Of a DNA stretch of 64,000 nt, positions 54,927 to 64,000 are shown piece after piece. This DNA comes from Acidimicrobiaceae bacterium (GTDB lineage Bacteria; Actinomycetota; Acidimicrobiia; Acidimicrobiales; JACDCH01). A program made the translations under genes and the position numbers. The notes beneath the pieces are model-generated. The model was not told where the DNA came from, made no database searches, and saw only the letters and a program-made list of their open reading frames with translations. The stretch's first letter is position 1, and every line of letters starts with the position of its first letter. The stretch spans positions 37,329 to 101,328 of the forward strand of contig JBEEGH010000032.1 of assembly GCA_041166745.1 (NCBI GenBank). Direction: 5' to 3'.

Positions 54927-56285
54927 TCAGAGCGAAGCGATGAGCTTCTCGACGCGTTCGTCGCGGGACTTGAACGGGTCCTTGCACAGCACCGTCCGCT
55001 GCGCTTGATCGTTGAGCTTCAGATGGACCCAGTCGACCGTGTAATCGCGCTTGCGTTCCTTGGCGCGGCGAATGAACTCGCCGCGCAATCGGGCGCGCGT
55101 GGTTTGCGGGGGCTCGTCGACCGCGAGGTCGATCGCTTCGTCGGTGCAAGTGCGATCGACCATGCCGCGCGCCTGCATGCGGTAGAACAGCCCGCGCTCG
55201 CGATTGACGTCGTGATACTGCAGGTCGACCAACGCGACTCGCGGAGAGGCGAGCGGCAGATCGTGCTTGTCGCGATAGGCCTCGATGAGATTGTGCTTGA
55301 TGACCCAGTCACACTCCCGATCGAGCTTGAACGGATCGCTCTCGAGCGTGCTGAGGCAGTGCTCCCACATGTCGAGCGCTTGCTGCTCGAGCGGTGACAG
55401 GCCTTTGGTCTCGGCGTAGCGCAACGCGCGGTTCAAGTACTCGCCCTGGATCTCGAGGGCGCTGAGCTCGCGGCCGTTGGCGAGCCGTACCCGACGCGTG
55501 CACGTCATGTCGTGACTGATCTCGCGAATCGCCCGGATCGGATTCTCGAGGGTCATGTCGCGCAGCACGACCGACGGATCTTCGAGCATCCTCAGCAGGA
55601 TCGACGTGGCGCCGACCTTGAGGAACGTGGCGTACTCGCTCATGTTCGAATCGCCGACGATCACGTGCAGGCGTCGGTAGCGCTCGGCGTCGGCGTGGGG
55701 TTCGTCTCGGGTGTTGATGATCGGCCGGCTGCGGGTGGTCGCCGATGACACGCCTTCCCAAATGTGCTCGGCCCGCTGGCTGATGCAGAACATCGCACCG
55801 CGGGCCGTTTGCAGCACCTTGCCGGCGCCTGCGTAGATCTGGCGCGACACGAAGAACGGAATCAAGACCTCGGCGTAGTGACCGAAATCGTCGCGGCGTG
55901 ACGTGAGGTAGTTCTCGTGGCAGCCGTAACTGTTGCCTGCGGAGTCGGTGTTGTTCTTGAAGAGGTAGATCACGCCGCGGATGCCCTCTTCCCGCAGCCG
56001 CTGCTCGGCCGAGGCCAGCAGTTGCTCCAGGATCCGCTCCCCCGCCTTGTCGTGCACGACCAGGTCGGCGATCGAGTCGCACTCTGGCGTCGCGTATTCG
56101 GGATGCGATCCGACGTCGAGATACAACCTCGCCCCGTTGGCGAGAAAGACGTTCGAGCTGCGTCCCCAGGAGACAACCCGACGGAACAGATAGCGAGCGA
56201 CCTCGTCGGGGCTGAGTCGCCGTTGCCCGCGGAGCGTGCACGTGACGCCGTACTCGTTCTCGAGACCGAAGATGCGCCGTTCCAT
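54927..56285 (-). CDS. pafA: Pup-protein ligase PafA
   Basis: [13 protein letters not shown] start, [35 protein letters not shown]. 452 aa from ATG 56285. Lacks the Dop-specific loop. Confidence 0.95.
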   Translation of the reverse strand: MERRIFGLENEYGVTCTLRGQRRLSPDEVARYLFRRVVSWGRSSNVFLANGARLYLDVGSHPEYATPECDSIADLVVHDKAGERILEQLLASAEQRLREEGIRGVIYLFKNNTDSAGNSYGCHENYLTSRRDDFGHYAEVLIPFFVSRQIYAGAGKVLQTARGAMFCISQRAEHIWEGVSSATTRSRPIINTRDEPHADAERYRRLHVIVGDSNMSEYATFLKVGATSILLRMLEDPSVVLRDMTLENPIRAIREISHDMTCTRRVRLANGRELSALEIQGEYLNRALRYAETKGLSPLEQQALDMWEHCLSTLESDPFKLDRECDWVIKHNLIEAYRDKHDLPLASPRVALVDLQYHDVNRERGLFYRMQARGMVDRTCTDEAIDLAVDEPPQTTRARLRGEFIRRAKERKRDYTVDWVHLKLNDQAQRTVLCKDPFKSRDERVEKLIASL

Positions 56286-56343
56286 CGCTGCGGCGAGGCT
56301 ACCGGCGCGAGGCGGGTACCGGTCGGGACGGTGCTCCGGGCGC

Positions 56344-58866
56344 CTATTCGTAGGCGAGCGCCTCGAGGACCTCGATCCTGGAGGTGCGCCATGCCGGCCA
56401 CGCCGATCCGAGCAGGGCGACCACGATCGCAACGAGCACGTAGATCACCGCGCTGGCGGGGTCGAGCACGAATGGCTCCTTGAAACCGATCAGTACCGGA
56501 GCGATGAGCAGGAGGCCGCCGTACATCGGCAATGACACGAACACGCCGACGATTCCTCCGACGATCGCGACGAGCACGGCCTCGAACAGCACCATGCGGG
56601 CCAGCTCGCGAGGTTGCATCCCGACTGCGGCCAACAGGCCCAGTTCGCGTCGCCGTTGCACACCCACGAGCAGCAGCGTCGACAGGACCGCTACGAAGGC
56701 GGTCGCGAGGAGCGCTCGTTGCAGCGCCCAGAACGATGCCAGCTGACCCTCGACACCTTTCGAGATGTCGTCCGCCAGCTGTTCGGCAGTCTGCACCCGA
56801 AGATCGGGGTCGATCCCGGCGGCCTTGATCTCGGCCGCGAGTTGCTCGGTGGAAACTCCCGCCTTGGGCACGGCGTTGAAGCCCGAGACCGGTTGCGGAC
56901 CAAAGATCTGCTCGAGGAGCGCGTAGGACATCTGCACGTTCCGGCCGCCGAAGTCACCGTCTTGCTGCACGCCGAGCACCTTGAGGTCGACGGTTCCCGT
57001 CGGCGTGTCGAGGTGGAGCGTTCCACCGGCACGCAGCCCGCTTGCGCGCGCCAGCCCGGGCCCGATCAACACCTCGCCGGCGTCGAATCGCGCCCGATCG
57101 TTGGTGCCGTTCAAGATCTCGGATCGAAGGAACGGGTTCTCGTAGGCGCTGACGCCGATGAGATCACCGGTTTCGTGACCGACGACGAGGCCCGTGCCGC
57201 GGCTGATGTGGTCCACGTTCGGAAGGTGCGACACGGCGTCGACGGCCGCAGGCGACAGCTTGGCGTCGATGTTGTAGGTGTTGTTCGGCTCGAGACTCGA
57301 GACCGCGACGCCCTTCAGGTTTGCGGTGAGGTCCTCGGTGATCGCCTGGCGAACGGCCACCGTGTAGCTCCCGGTGATGAACGCGACACCGACGGCCATG
57401 CCGAGCGCCACCGACATCACGCCGGTGCGTCCCGGTTCACGGGTGAGGTTGGCGAGCGCCAATCGTCCGGCGGCGCGATTGCCGGCAAGCCGGCGTCCGA
57501 CCACCCGCAGCACCAACGGCGACAGCGCGGCCGTGAGCATCGTGCACGTCGCGACGGCGACAACGAACGCGACCGGCGCCAACGCCGCCTGCCATTGCTC
57601 GAGCGCACCCTTGCTCTGCGCGATGACACATCCATCGATGGCGACCACTGTCAACGCCGAGAACACCAGCGCGCGCTTCACCGTCGACTTCACCGATGTC
57701 TCGTCGCGCAGGTCGCGGTTCGACAACTCCGCGGCGATGTCGATCCGACGGGCGCGACGGGCGGGGCGGAATGCCGCGAACACACTGACGAAGAGGCCGA
57801 GCAGCGCGGAGATGACGAAGATGCTCGGCGGGGCGTGGACCGTGAGGGTGATCCCGCCCGCTCGTTCCGTGAAGGTGTTGAGCGACGACGTGATCGGTCC
57901 GGCCACGAGGATGCCGCCGAACGCGCCGAGCACACCGCCCACGAGGCCGAGTACACCGGCTTCGATGAGCGTGCCGCCGACCATCACGCGGGCACTGCCG
58001 CCCAACGCTCCGACGATGGCCAGCTGCCGGCGCCGTTCCTCCACCGAGAGCGACACGGTGTTGTAGACGAGCACCGCTCCGATCGCGAGGCCGAGCATCG
58101 CGAGCAGGCTGAACAGCGGCACGAACGCGATGAGCAGCACACCGATCACCGGCGGCGGATCGTCGACGCCGAGGACCCCGTTGACGGGTCCGACCGCGAC
58201 CTCGAGCCGTTGCCGAAGGTCGTCGAGGTCGACGTCGGGCTTGGGCTGCACATAGATGACGTCGATGAGACCGGGTCGGGCGAACAGGGCTTGGGCCCGG
58301 GCCATCGGCAGCACAACGGCGCGGCCGTCGTTGAGCTCGTTCAAGCCGGGCAGGTTCGGTGCGCCGTCCAACGAGAGCCGCCCCACGTCGGTGCGGAGAA
58401 CCGCCCCAGGACCAAGTGATCGCGCCAATGCTTCCGGCACGAACGGTTGCGTATCGGCGGCGGCCGCGGCGGCCAGCGCCTCGTCGCTGCAGCCGAACGA
58501 GCCGACGATGGCCTCGACGCGGCAGTCGATGCCGAAGGCCAGCACGGGTGTCTCGTGATCGTGCGCGTCCTCGACCAGCGTGATCGCCTGGATCATCGGG
58601 ATGGCCGCGGCGACGCCCTCGGTCTTGGCCACGGCTTCCGTGACCCGTTGGTCGAGCCCGCCGCGGGAGGTGGCGCCGATCACGCGCAGCTCGGTCGGTC
58701 CGGCCAGCAAGCGACCCTGCTCGCGCACGGATCCGTTGATGCTCTCGACGAGGATCACGAGCGAGATCGCGAGCGCGACTCCTGCGGCCACGCTGACCGC
58801 GGCGATCACGGCGCGGAGCGGCTGACGTCGCAGCCGACGTAGGGCGAGGATGCGGATGACTTTCAT
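56344..58866 (-). CDS. FtsX/MacB-type ABC transporter permease (two FtsX modules)
   Basis: 840 aa. A TM helix plus large extracytoplasmic domain plus FtsX TM bundle, repeated twice. Confidence 0.85.
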   Translation of the reverse strand: MKVIRILALRRLRRQPLRAVIAAVSVAAGVALAISLVILVESINGSVREQGRLLAGPTELRVIGATSRGGLDQRVTEAVAKTEGVAAAIPMIQAITLVEDAHDHETPVLAFGIDCRVEAIVGSFGCSDEALAAAAAADTQPFVPEALARSLGPGAVLRTDVGRLSLDGAPNLPGLNELNDGRAVVLPMARAQALFARPGLIDVIYVQPKPDVDLDDLRQRLEVAVGPVNGVLGVDDPPPVIGVLLIAFVPLFSLLAMLGLAIGAVLVYNTVSLSVEERRRQLAIVGALGGSARVMVGGTLIEAGVLGLVGGVLGAFGGILVAGPITSSLNTFTERAGGITLTVHAPPSIFVISALLGLFVSVFAAFRPARRARRIDIAAELSNRDLRDETSVKSTVKRALVFSALTVVAIDGCVIAQSKGALEQWQAALAPVAFVVAVATCTMLTAALSPLVLRVVGRRLAGNRAAGRLALANLTREPGRTGVMSVALGMAVGVAFITGSYTVAVRQAITEDLTANLKGVAVSSLEPNNTYNIDAKLSPAAVDAVSHLPNVDHISRGTGLVVGHETGDLIGVSAYENPFLRSEILNGTNDRARFDAGEVLIGPGLARASGLRAGGTLHLDTPTGTVDLKVLGVQQDGDFGGRNVQMSYALLEQIFGPQPVSGFNAVPKAGVSTEQLAAEIKAAGIDPDLRVQTAEQLADDISKGVEGQLASFWALQRALLATAFVAVLSTLLLVGVQRRRELGLLAAVGMQPRELARMVLFEAVLVAIVGGIVGVFVSLPMYGGLLLIAPVLIGFKEPFVLDPASAVIYVLVAIVVALLGSAWPAWRTSRIEVLEALAYE

Positions 58867-58867
58867 G

Positions 58868-59536
58868 TCAGCCTTCTTCGAGCCGTCCGTCTCGCAGCGT
58901 GTGTATCCGCGGCGCTCGGGCGGCGACGTCTCGGTCGTGGGTGACCATCACCAGCGCCGCACCTGACTCGACCACCTGCTCGGTCAGGAGGGCGAGCACC
59001 GCCTCACTCGTCGCCGAGTCCAGGTTGCCGGTGGGCTCATCCGCGAGGATCACCTGGGGGTGAGCAACGAGCGCTCGCGCGATCGCGGCGCGCTGCAGTT
59101 CCCCGCCGGACAACTCGCCGGGAAGATGCGCGGCGCGATGACCGATGCCGACGCGTTCCAGGAGATCGCTGGTGCGCCCGTTGCTCTTCACGCCGTCGAG
59201 CAGCAACGGGAGCTCGACATTCTCCGTGACGGTGAGCGTCGGGATGAGGTGGAAGAACTGGAACACGAATCCGACCTCGCGACGACGCAGCTTGGCGCGC
59301 TCCCCGATCGACAGCGTCGCGAGATCGCGGTCGCCGAGGAGAATGCGCCCGCTGTCCGGCTGATCGAGCCCACCGGCGAGATGTAAGAGGGTCGACTTAC
59401 CGGAGCCACTCGGACCGATCAGCGCGACGAATTCGCCCGCCTCGATGCTCAGGTCGACTTCGTCGAGTGCGACCACTTCTTCGGTGCCGCGGTGGAACCG
59501 CTTCGACACGCCCTCGAACCGCAACAGTGCCATCAA
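58868..59536 (-). CDS. MacB/LolD-type ABC ATP-binding protein
   Basis: Walker A GPSGSGKST, signature LSGGELQRAAIARAL, Walker B ILADEPTGNLD. Confidence 0.9.
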   Translation of the reverse strand: MMALLRFEGVSKRFHRGTEEVVALDEVDLSIEAGEFVALIGPSGSGKSTLLHLAGGLDQPDSGRILLGDRDLATLSIGERAKLRRREVGFVFQFFHLIPTLTVTENVELPLLLDGVKSNGRTSDLLERVGIGHRAAHLPGELSGGELQRAAIARALVAHPQVILADEPTGNLDSATSEAVLALLTEQVVESGAALVMVTHDRDVAARAPRIHTLRDGRLEEG

Positions 59537-59572
59537 CCCCCCAGAGGCTTGGCTGTCGGGGTCAACCTACTG

Positions 59573-59592
59573 GTGAGCGTTGTGGCGCTCAC
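59573..59592 (-). terminator. candidate hairpin downstream of prcA
   Basis: GTGAGCG-ttgtgg-CGCTCAC, 7-bp stem. Lies in the 66-nt gap between prcA and the ABC ATPase gene. No U tract. Confidence 0.2.
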
Positions 59593-59602
59593 TGGTCATT
59601 TG

Positions 59603-60310
59603 TCACTCAGCGGCAGGAGCAGCCGGTGCGGGAACGACGGAGGTGAGCTCGTCGCCCTCGATGCGCCGGAACGCGCGACGGCCATTGGTGCGACTGAGGA
59701 TGGCCACCTCGAGATCGTCGGCCGACAACGTGCGCTCTTCACCCGAAAGCGCGGCGACTGCGGCTCCGATGCCGTCTCCGAGGTTCATTCCCTCGCGCCA
59801 CGTTGCCTGGATGCGCTCGGTGATGGCGTCGGCCTCACCACCGAGAACGCTGAACTTGTTCTCGTCCATCACGGTGCCGTCGTAGAGGATGTGGAACAGC
59901 TGATCGTGCGATCCCCCTTCAGGGGTTGCGACCTCAGCGACGAGGATCTCCACCTCGAGCGGCTTGATCTCGTGCGTGAAGACCTGGTTGAGGATCTGCG
60001 CGTATGCATTTGCCAGCCCTCGGGCGTCGACGTCTTCGCGACTGAACGAATAGCCCTTCAGATCGGCGTGACGGACACCCGCGATTCGAAGCTGTTCGAA
60101 CTCGCTGTAGCGCCCGACGCCGGCGAACGCGATGCGGTCGTAGATCTCGCTGACCTTGCGCAGCGTGTTCGACGGGTTCTCGGCGACGATGAGGATGCCG
60201 TCGTCGAAGCGGACGGCGATGAGCGCGCGGCCGCGGGCGATGCCCTTGCGCGCGTAGTCGGCGCGGTCCTTCATCACCTGTTCCGGGGCGACATAGAACG
60301 GCATGCTCAT
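59603..60310 (-). CDS. prcA: 20S proteasome alpha subunit
   Basis: MSMPFYVAPEQVMKDRADYARKGIARGR...VSEIYDRIAFAGVG. ATG overlaps the prcB stop (ATGA). Confidence 0.95.
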   Translation of the reverse strand: MSMPFYVAPEQVMKDRADYARKGIARGRALIAVRFDDGILIVAENPSNTLRKVSEIYDRIAFAGVGRYSEFEQLRIAGVRHADLKGYSFSREDVDARGLANAYAQILNQVFTHEIKPLEVEILVAEVATPEGGSHDQLFHILYDGTVMDENKFSVLGGEADAITERIQATWREGMNLGDGIGAAVAALSGEERTLSADDLEVAILSRTNGRRAFRRIEGDELTSVVPAPAAPAAE

Positions 60311-61149
60311 GATTGGTCACCCCCTCGGATGGTGGGCGACGCGCCGCTGGTCGCGGTGCTGTCGGGCGTGGAGAGCCGATCGACGAGTTGGCGAAAGCGG
60401 TCAGCGATCTCGTCTTCCGTCACCTTCTCGAACCCGCGATCGGTGATGGTCGCCATCGTCGGGTAGATGCCGCGCACGAGGTCCGGTCCACCCGTGGCGG
60501 AGTCCTCGTCGGCCGCGTTGAACAGCGCAGAGATCGCCAGGTCGAGTGTCTCCTCGCGATTCAGACTGTCCCGATAGCCGAGCTTGATGACGGTGCCAGC
60601 GTGGAGACTGCCCGAGCCGGTGGTGGCAAAGTTCGTCTCCTCGTAGCGCCCGCCGGTGACGTCGTATTGGAACAGGCGGCCCTGGCGGCGACGCGTGTCG
60701 TAGCCCGCGAAGAGCGGGACGACGACGAGGCCTTGCATCGCGGCGGGAAGGTTGCTGCGCACCATTCCACTCAGTTGGTTGGCTTTGCCTTCGAGGCTGA
60801 GCTCGTTGCCTTCGACCTTCTCGTAATGCTCGAGCTGGAGTTGGAAGAGCTTCACCATGTCCATCGCGGGCCCCGCGGCACCGGCGATGGCGACACCGCT
60901 GTGTCGATCGGCGGCGTACACCTTCTCCATCGTGCGATGGCTGATGAGATTGCCGCTCGTGGCGCGGCGGTCGCCGGCCATCACGACACCGTCGGCGTAG
61001 CGCACCGCGACGACGGTGGTGCCGTGTGTGATCTCGATGCGACCCTTCATGTCGGTGTCGGACACGTGCTGCGGACTGCCGGTGCGGCGCAGCAACTCGG
61101 CGAAGCTCGGCCCCGGGTCGTCAGAAGCCGAAAAGATCGGGAGCGTCAT
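60307..61149 (-). CDS. prcB: 20S proteasome beta subunit with propeptide
   Basis: Propeptide ending ...EITHG followed by TTVVAVRYADGVVMAGDRRAT (Thr1 nucleophile). Confidence 0.95.
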   Translation of the reverse strand: MTLPIFSASDDPGPSFAELLRRTGSPQHVSDTDMKGRIEITHGTTVVAVRYADGVVMAGDRRATSGNLISHRTMEKVYAADRHSGVAIAGAAGPAMDMVKLFQLQLEHYEKVEGNELSLEGKANQLSGMVRSNLPAAMQGLVVVPLFAGYDTRRRQGRLFQYDVTGGRYEETNFATTGSGSLHAGTVIKLGYRDSLNREETLDLAISALFNAADEDSATGGPDLVRGIYPTMATITDRGFEKVTEDEIADRFRQLVDRLSTPDSTATSGASPTIRGGDQS

Positions 61150-61161
61150 TGCCGCGGGAGG

Positions 61162-61662
61162 CTACCGGCTACTGGACTCCAAGTAATCCGCCGCAGCGCG
61201 TAGTCGTTCGGGGTCTTCGTGGAACTTGCCGATGCCTTGGTTGCAGTCGATGCACAGGATCCCGCGGACGACACCGGTGTCGTGGCAGTGGTCGACATGC
61301 CAGCTGGCCAGGCGCTCGGGGGTGCGGCCACAGATGATGCACTTCCCGCCCTGCTTCTCGATCATCGCGTCGACATCGTCAGCGGTGATACCAAACGTCC
61401 GGCGGTAATAGCCGTTTCTCAGTGCTCGTTTACGCTCGGGCGTCGCATTGTGGACACGGCGATAGGCGTTGAGACGGTCGGCATTCGCCTGCTGCCACTT
61501 CTTGACCCGAGCGATTTCCAACTGGGGATCCGCGTCGTAGCGCCGCTTCTTGGCGGCGAGGTTGCACGACTTGCAGTCATTCCGATGCCCGTCCCGCATT
61601 CCCGCGGATCGGTAGAAATCGTCGAGCAGTTTCTGCTCGCCACAGACCTGGCAGCGCTTCAT
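61162..61662 (-). CDS. endonuclease VII-family (HNH-like) protein
   Basis: WHVDHCHDTGVVRGILCIDCNQGIG, plus N-terminal CQVCG...CKSC. ATG 61662 is preceded by GGAG at 5 nt. The track's GTG 61692 is the alternative start. About 61% G+C by my count. Confidence 0.8.
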   Translation of the reverse strand: MKRCQVCGEQKLLDDFYRSAGMRDGHRNDCKSCNLAAKKRRYDADPQLEIARVKKWQQANADRLNAYRRVHNATPERKRALRNGYYRRTFGITADDVDAMIEKQGGKCIICGRTPERLASWHVDHCHDTGVVRGILCIDCNQGIGKFHEDPERLRAAADYLESSSR

Positions 61663-61690
61663 GCGCTCCAGAGTACGAAGGGGGTATGAC

Positions 61691-61734
61691 ACTGAAAGGC
61701 ATCAAAGATCAGTTGATCTTGATGTCATTTCAGT
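61691..61734 (-). other. AT-rich imperfect palindrome / stem-loop immediately 3' of pup
   Basis: ACTGAAA/TTTCAGT (7 bp), CATCAA/TTGATG (6 bp) and GATC/GATC (4 bp), with a 4-nt loop, one bulge and one internal loop. 16 G+C of 44 nt. Confidence 0.6.
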
Positions 61735-61929
61735 TCATTCTCCGCCTTTCTGCACGTAGCTTTTTACGAACTCCTCGGCGTTGCTCTCTAGCACCTCGTC
61801 GATTTCGTCCAGCAAATCGTCGAGTTCGGCCTTGATCTTCTCGCCGGACTCCGATGTCGCAGGGGCCTCTTCGACGACCTCGTCCTGCTTCTGCGGCGCC
61901 GGCTTCTTCTTCTGCTCTCGCTCTGCCAT
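61735..61929 (-). CDS. pup: prokaryotic ubiquitin-like protein Pup (C-terminal GGE)
   Basis: 64 aa. ...LDDLLDEIDEVLESNAEEFVKSYVQKGGE. Confidence 0.95.
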   Translation of the reverse strand: MAEREQKKKPAPQKQDEVVEEAPATSESGEKIKAELDDLLDEIDEVLESNAEEFVKSYVQKGGE

Positions 61930-61952
61930 CGGGTCAGCTCACACTCCACATC

Positions 61953-63470
61953 TCAGGAACCCAGCCGCTCGAGGAGCTCGGCGGCTGACGAACACTCGTC
62001 GATCAACCTACCCACGTGTGCCTTTGTCCCGCGCATCGGTTCCATCATCGGCACGCGGCGCAGCGGGTCGCCCCCGATGTCGAACACCAGTGAATCCCAG
62101 TTGGCCGCAACGATGGACTCACCCCAACGCTGCAGGCACTTGCCCCGGAAGTACGCCCGGGTGTCCGCGGGCGGCTCGGACATCGCGAACTCGACCTCGT
62201 CATCCGTCGTCAGACGCTCCAGTCCGACGCGCCCGGCCAACCCTTTGTCCGGACGCAGGTCGTGATACTGCAGGTCCATCGCCGCAAGCCGAGCGTCGTC
62301 CCACTCGAGGTTGTGACGCTCGCGGTAGCCATCGATGACGCGGTACTTCGCCACCCAGTCGAGTTGGTTGGCCAGCGACATCGGGTCGGTCTCCAGAGCG
62401 GACAGCACCGACTCCCAGTAGCGCACGACCTCGCGGCCCTGCTCGTCGCCGCCGATGCACTCGTAGCCAACCTCTTCGCCGTATTTCTTCGCGCGATCCA
62501 ACAGCTCCCACTGCACCTCGAGGGCAGTGACCGTGGAACCGTCGTTCAACTCGAGCGGGCGGCGCAGCGACAGGTCGTACGACACCCGCCGCAGCGTCTG
62601 CACGGGCGCCGCGAACACGAACTCTCGCGGGAGGAACTCGTCCTCGACCATCGACAACACCAACGCCGTCGTGCCGAGCTTCAAGAAGGTCGCGATCTCG
62701 GACAGATTCGCGTCGCCGACGATCACATGGAGCCGGCGGTATTTCTGCGCGTCGGCGTGGGGCTCGTCACGCGTGTTGACGATCGGCCGCTTCAACGTGG
62801 TCTCGAGGCCGACTTCCTCCTCGAAGAAGTCGGCTCGCTGCGTGAGTTGGAACGGCACTTCTTCGGACGGAACGCCGCTGGCTTCGGAACCGACCTTGCC
62901 GGCGCCGCAGTAGATCGAACGCGTGATGAAGTGCGGCATCACATGCGAGACGACCCGGCCGAACGGCACGGCGCGATCCATGAGGTAGTTCTCGTGGCAG
63001 CCGTAGCTGTTGCCCTTGCGGTCGGAGTTGTTCTTGTAGACGACGATCTCCTGGCCTGGCGGCAACGTGCGGTTGGCCGCGACCATCGAACGCTGCAAGA
63101 TCTTCTCGGCGGCACGGTCGTAGACGACCGTCGTGCGAGGATCGGCGCACTCCGGCGTCGACAGCTCTGGATGCGCGTGATCGACGTAGTACCGCGCGCC
63201 GTTCGTGAGCACCGCGTTCACGAGGTGCGTTTCGATCTCCGGCGCCATCGTGCCCTCGGGTGCGAACCCGCGGGCGTCGTTGCCGGGAGACTCGTCCTCG
63301 AAATCCCACCCGACCTTCGGTGTGCCGGACGTCGATGGTGCGCTACGCGTCAGGTCGTTGACATAGGCGTTGATCAGAACGCTCGACGCGGCGATCGGAT
63401 TGGAGTCCGCGGCTCCGCGGATCAGGATGCCGAACTCGGTCTCGATCCCGAGAATCTTGCGGATCGCCAC
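61953..63470 (-). CDS. dop: Pup deamidase/depupylase Dop
   Basis: [43 protein letters not shown]. Has the Dop-specific insertion between them that PafA lacks. GTG start at 63470. Confidence 0.95.
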   Translation of the reverse strand: MAIRKILGIETEFGILIRGAADSNPIAASSVLINAYVNDLTRSAPSTSGTPKVGWDFEDESPGNDARGFAPEGTMAPEIETHLVNAVLTNGARYYVDHAHPELSTPECADPRTTVVYDRAAEKILQRSMVAANRTLPPGQEIVVYKNNSDRKGNSYGCHENYLMDRAVPFGRVVSHVMPHFITRSIYCGAGKVGSEASGVPSEEVPFQLTQRADFFEEEVGLETTLKRPIVNTRDEPHADAQKYRRLHVIVGDANLSEIATFLKLGTTALVLSMVEDEFLPREFVFAAPVQTLRRVSYDLSLRRPLELNDGSTVTALEVQWELLDRAKKYGEEVGYECIGGDEQGREVVRYWESVLSALETDPMSLANQLDWVAKYRVIDGYRERHNLEWDDARLAAMDLQYHDLRPDKGLAGRVGLERLTTDDEVEFAMSEPPADTRAYFRGKCLQRWGESIVAANWDSLVFDIGGDPLRRVPMMEPMRGTKAHVGRLIDECSSAAELLERLGS

Positions 63471-63495
63471 AACACGACGCTACAGCGTGATGTTG

Positions 63496-64000
63496 TCAAG
63501 GCGAGGGCGACTGAGACTCCCACCAAGCGCGGACGGCGGCGAGCACCTCAGGCGCGGAAGCCGCGTCGAGTTGCAGCACCGGTACGAAAATGGCCGCCCG
63601 CTGCTCCGCCGTGAAGTCAGGATCGTGCCGCGGCGTACATCCGTGTCGGGTCCTCGGGTCGGTTCGACCATACGGCGCCGGCGCTTGTGCCTCGGGGTCA
63701 TCCGCGAGAACGCGCAACCACTCGTATTCGGCGCGCTGGATCTCTTCCGCAGCTTCGGGCCAGGGACCTTCGGGCTCGTCGACCAACACGATTGCGGTCG
63801 CTCGCCCACCGACGGCGAGCAACACCGCAGCTGTCGACTGGACACCGACCGCGAGCACCACCGGAGGCTCGCTCCACCCGATCTCCTGCAGATGGCGAAG
63901 CGGCGCCATCACGAGATGGGCCGGCTCGTAGAAGTCGGCCTCCCACGGCGCATTTGCATGGCCCGGTTGATCGGGCGCGGACCACGGTCCGTGCCACCCA
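63496..64000 (-). CDS. hypothetical protein, 3' part (ORF open to the window edge)
   Basis: The frame of the 138-aa track ORF stays open upstream to position 64000 (...GWHGPWSAPDQPGHANAPWEADFYEPAHLV-MAPL...). Good GC3 bias. No family recognised. Confidence 0.4.
   Translation of the reverse strand, partial: GWHGPWSAPDQPGHANAPWEADFYEPAHLVMAPLRHLQEIGWSEPPVVLAVGVQSTAAVLLAVGGRATAIVLVDEPEGPWPEAAEEIQRAEYEWLRVLADDPEAQAPAPYGRTDPRTRHGCTPRHDPDFTAEQRAAIFVPVLQLDAASAPEVLAAVRAWWESQSPSP

Noticed and set aside
53022-56343. PafBC-dependent RecA-NDp promoter motif (TGTCRGTG-N8-TAnnnT) near pafA, pafBC and lepB
   Set aside because: I saw no convincing match in the short spacers I could inspect (53022-53042, 54914-54926, 56286-56343). 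This check was not exhaustive.
61663-61692. GTG 61692 as the start of the endonuclease VII gene
   Set aside because: That GTG lies inside the base of the palindrome and has no SD. ATG 61662 is preceded by GGAG at 5 nt and gives an N-terminus starting at the first CxxC. GTG 61692 is kept as an alternative only.
1-64000. tRNA or rRNA genes, insertion sequences, integrases, toxin-antitoxin pairs or restriction-type defence genes
   Set aside because: No spacer is long enough or carries tRNA-like T-loop/anticodon-arm features. No transposase or integrase motif appears in any frame I read. The only nuclease-like gene is the EndoVII homologue reported above.

Overview
This is a gene-dense, high-GC actinobacterial chromosomal segment. 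My hand counts of coding lines gave about 61-69% G+C. All product calls rest on motifs read from the translations and on remembered gene families. No database search was possible.

I recognised no rRNA, tRNA, CRISPR array, transposase or prophage. Many of the longest ORFs in the track are Arg/Pro/Gly-rich antisense shadows or N-terminal over-extensions. Most real starts could be fixed because neighbouring genes overlap by ATGA, GTGA or TGATG.

Content from left to right:
1. A P450 3' fragment.
2. A long minus-strand operon: two acyl-CoA dehydrogenases, a LivG/F-like ATPase pair, then a complete Liv-type ABC importer.
3. A divergent plus-strand operon: a Liv-type binding protein, a fused permease without ATPases, two uncharacterised envelope proteins, and NfeD plus an SPFH/stomatin protein. 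The shared promoter carries a 14-bp site that fits the KstR operator consensus.
4. A neutral-lipid block: alpha-methylacyl-CoA racemase, an alpha/beta hydrolase, two WS/DGAT acyltransferases and a beta-lactamase-like serine hydrolase.
5. An orphan receiver domain plus a 472-aa highly charged protein. Its 3' end holds a 9-bp tandem repeat that is read in frame on both strands.
6. HAD, enoyl-CoA hydratase, Nudix, GNAT, USP and DUF4193 genes.
7. A complete mce operon: mkl, yrbEAB, mceA-F and one mas gene.
8. LysM-M23 and LysM-SLT wall hydrolases, an LAXTG surface protein and a DUF4012 protein.
9. A double-length ThyX-like protein and an M20 amidohydrolase.
10. The helY-tatC-tatA / pafCBA / prcAB-pup-dop supercluster in compressed form, carrying several insertions.

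The most interesting observations:
- An endonuclease-VII/HNH gene lies between pup and prcB, with lower G+C than prcB.
- It is preceded by a 44-nt AT-rich imperfect palindrome that starts at the first base after the pup stop codon.
- The KstR-like operator sits in a split ABC/ACAD divergon.
- A tandem repeat is translated on both strands.
- A HAD hydrolase has its catalytic DxD motif upstream of any canonical start codon.
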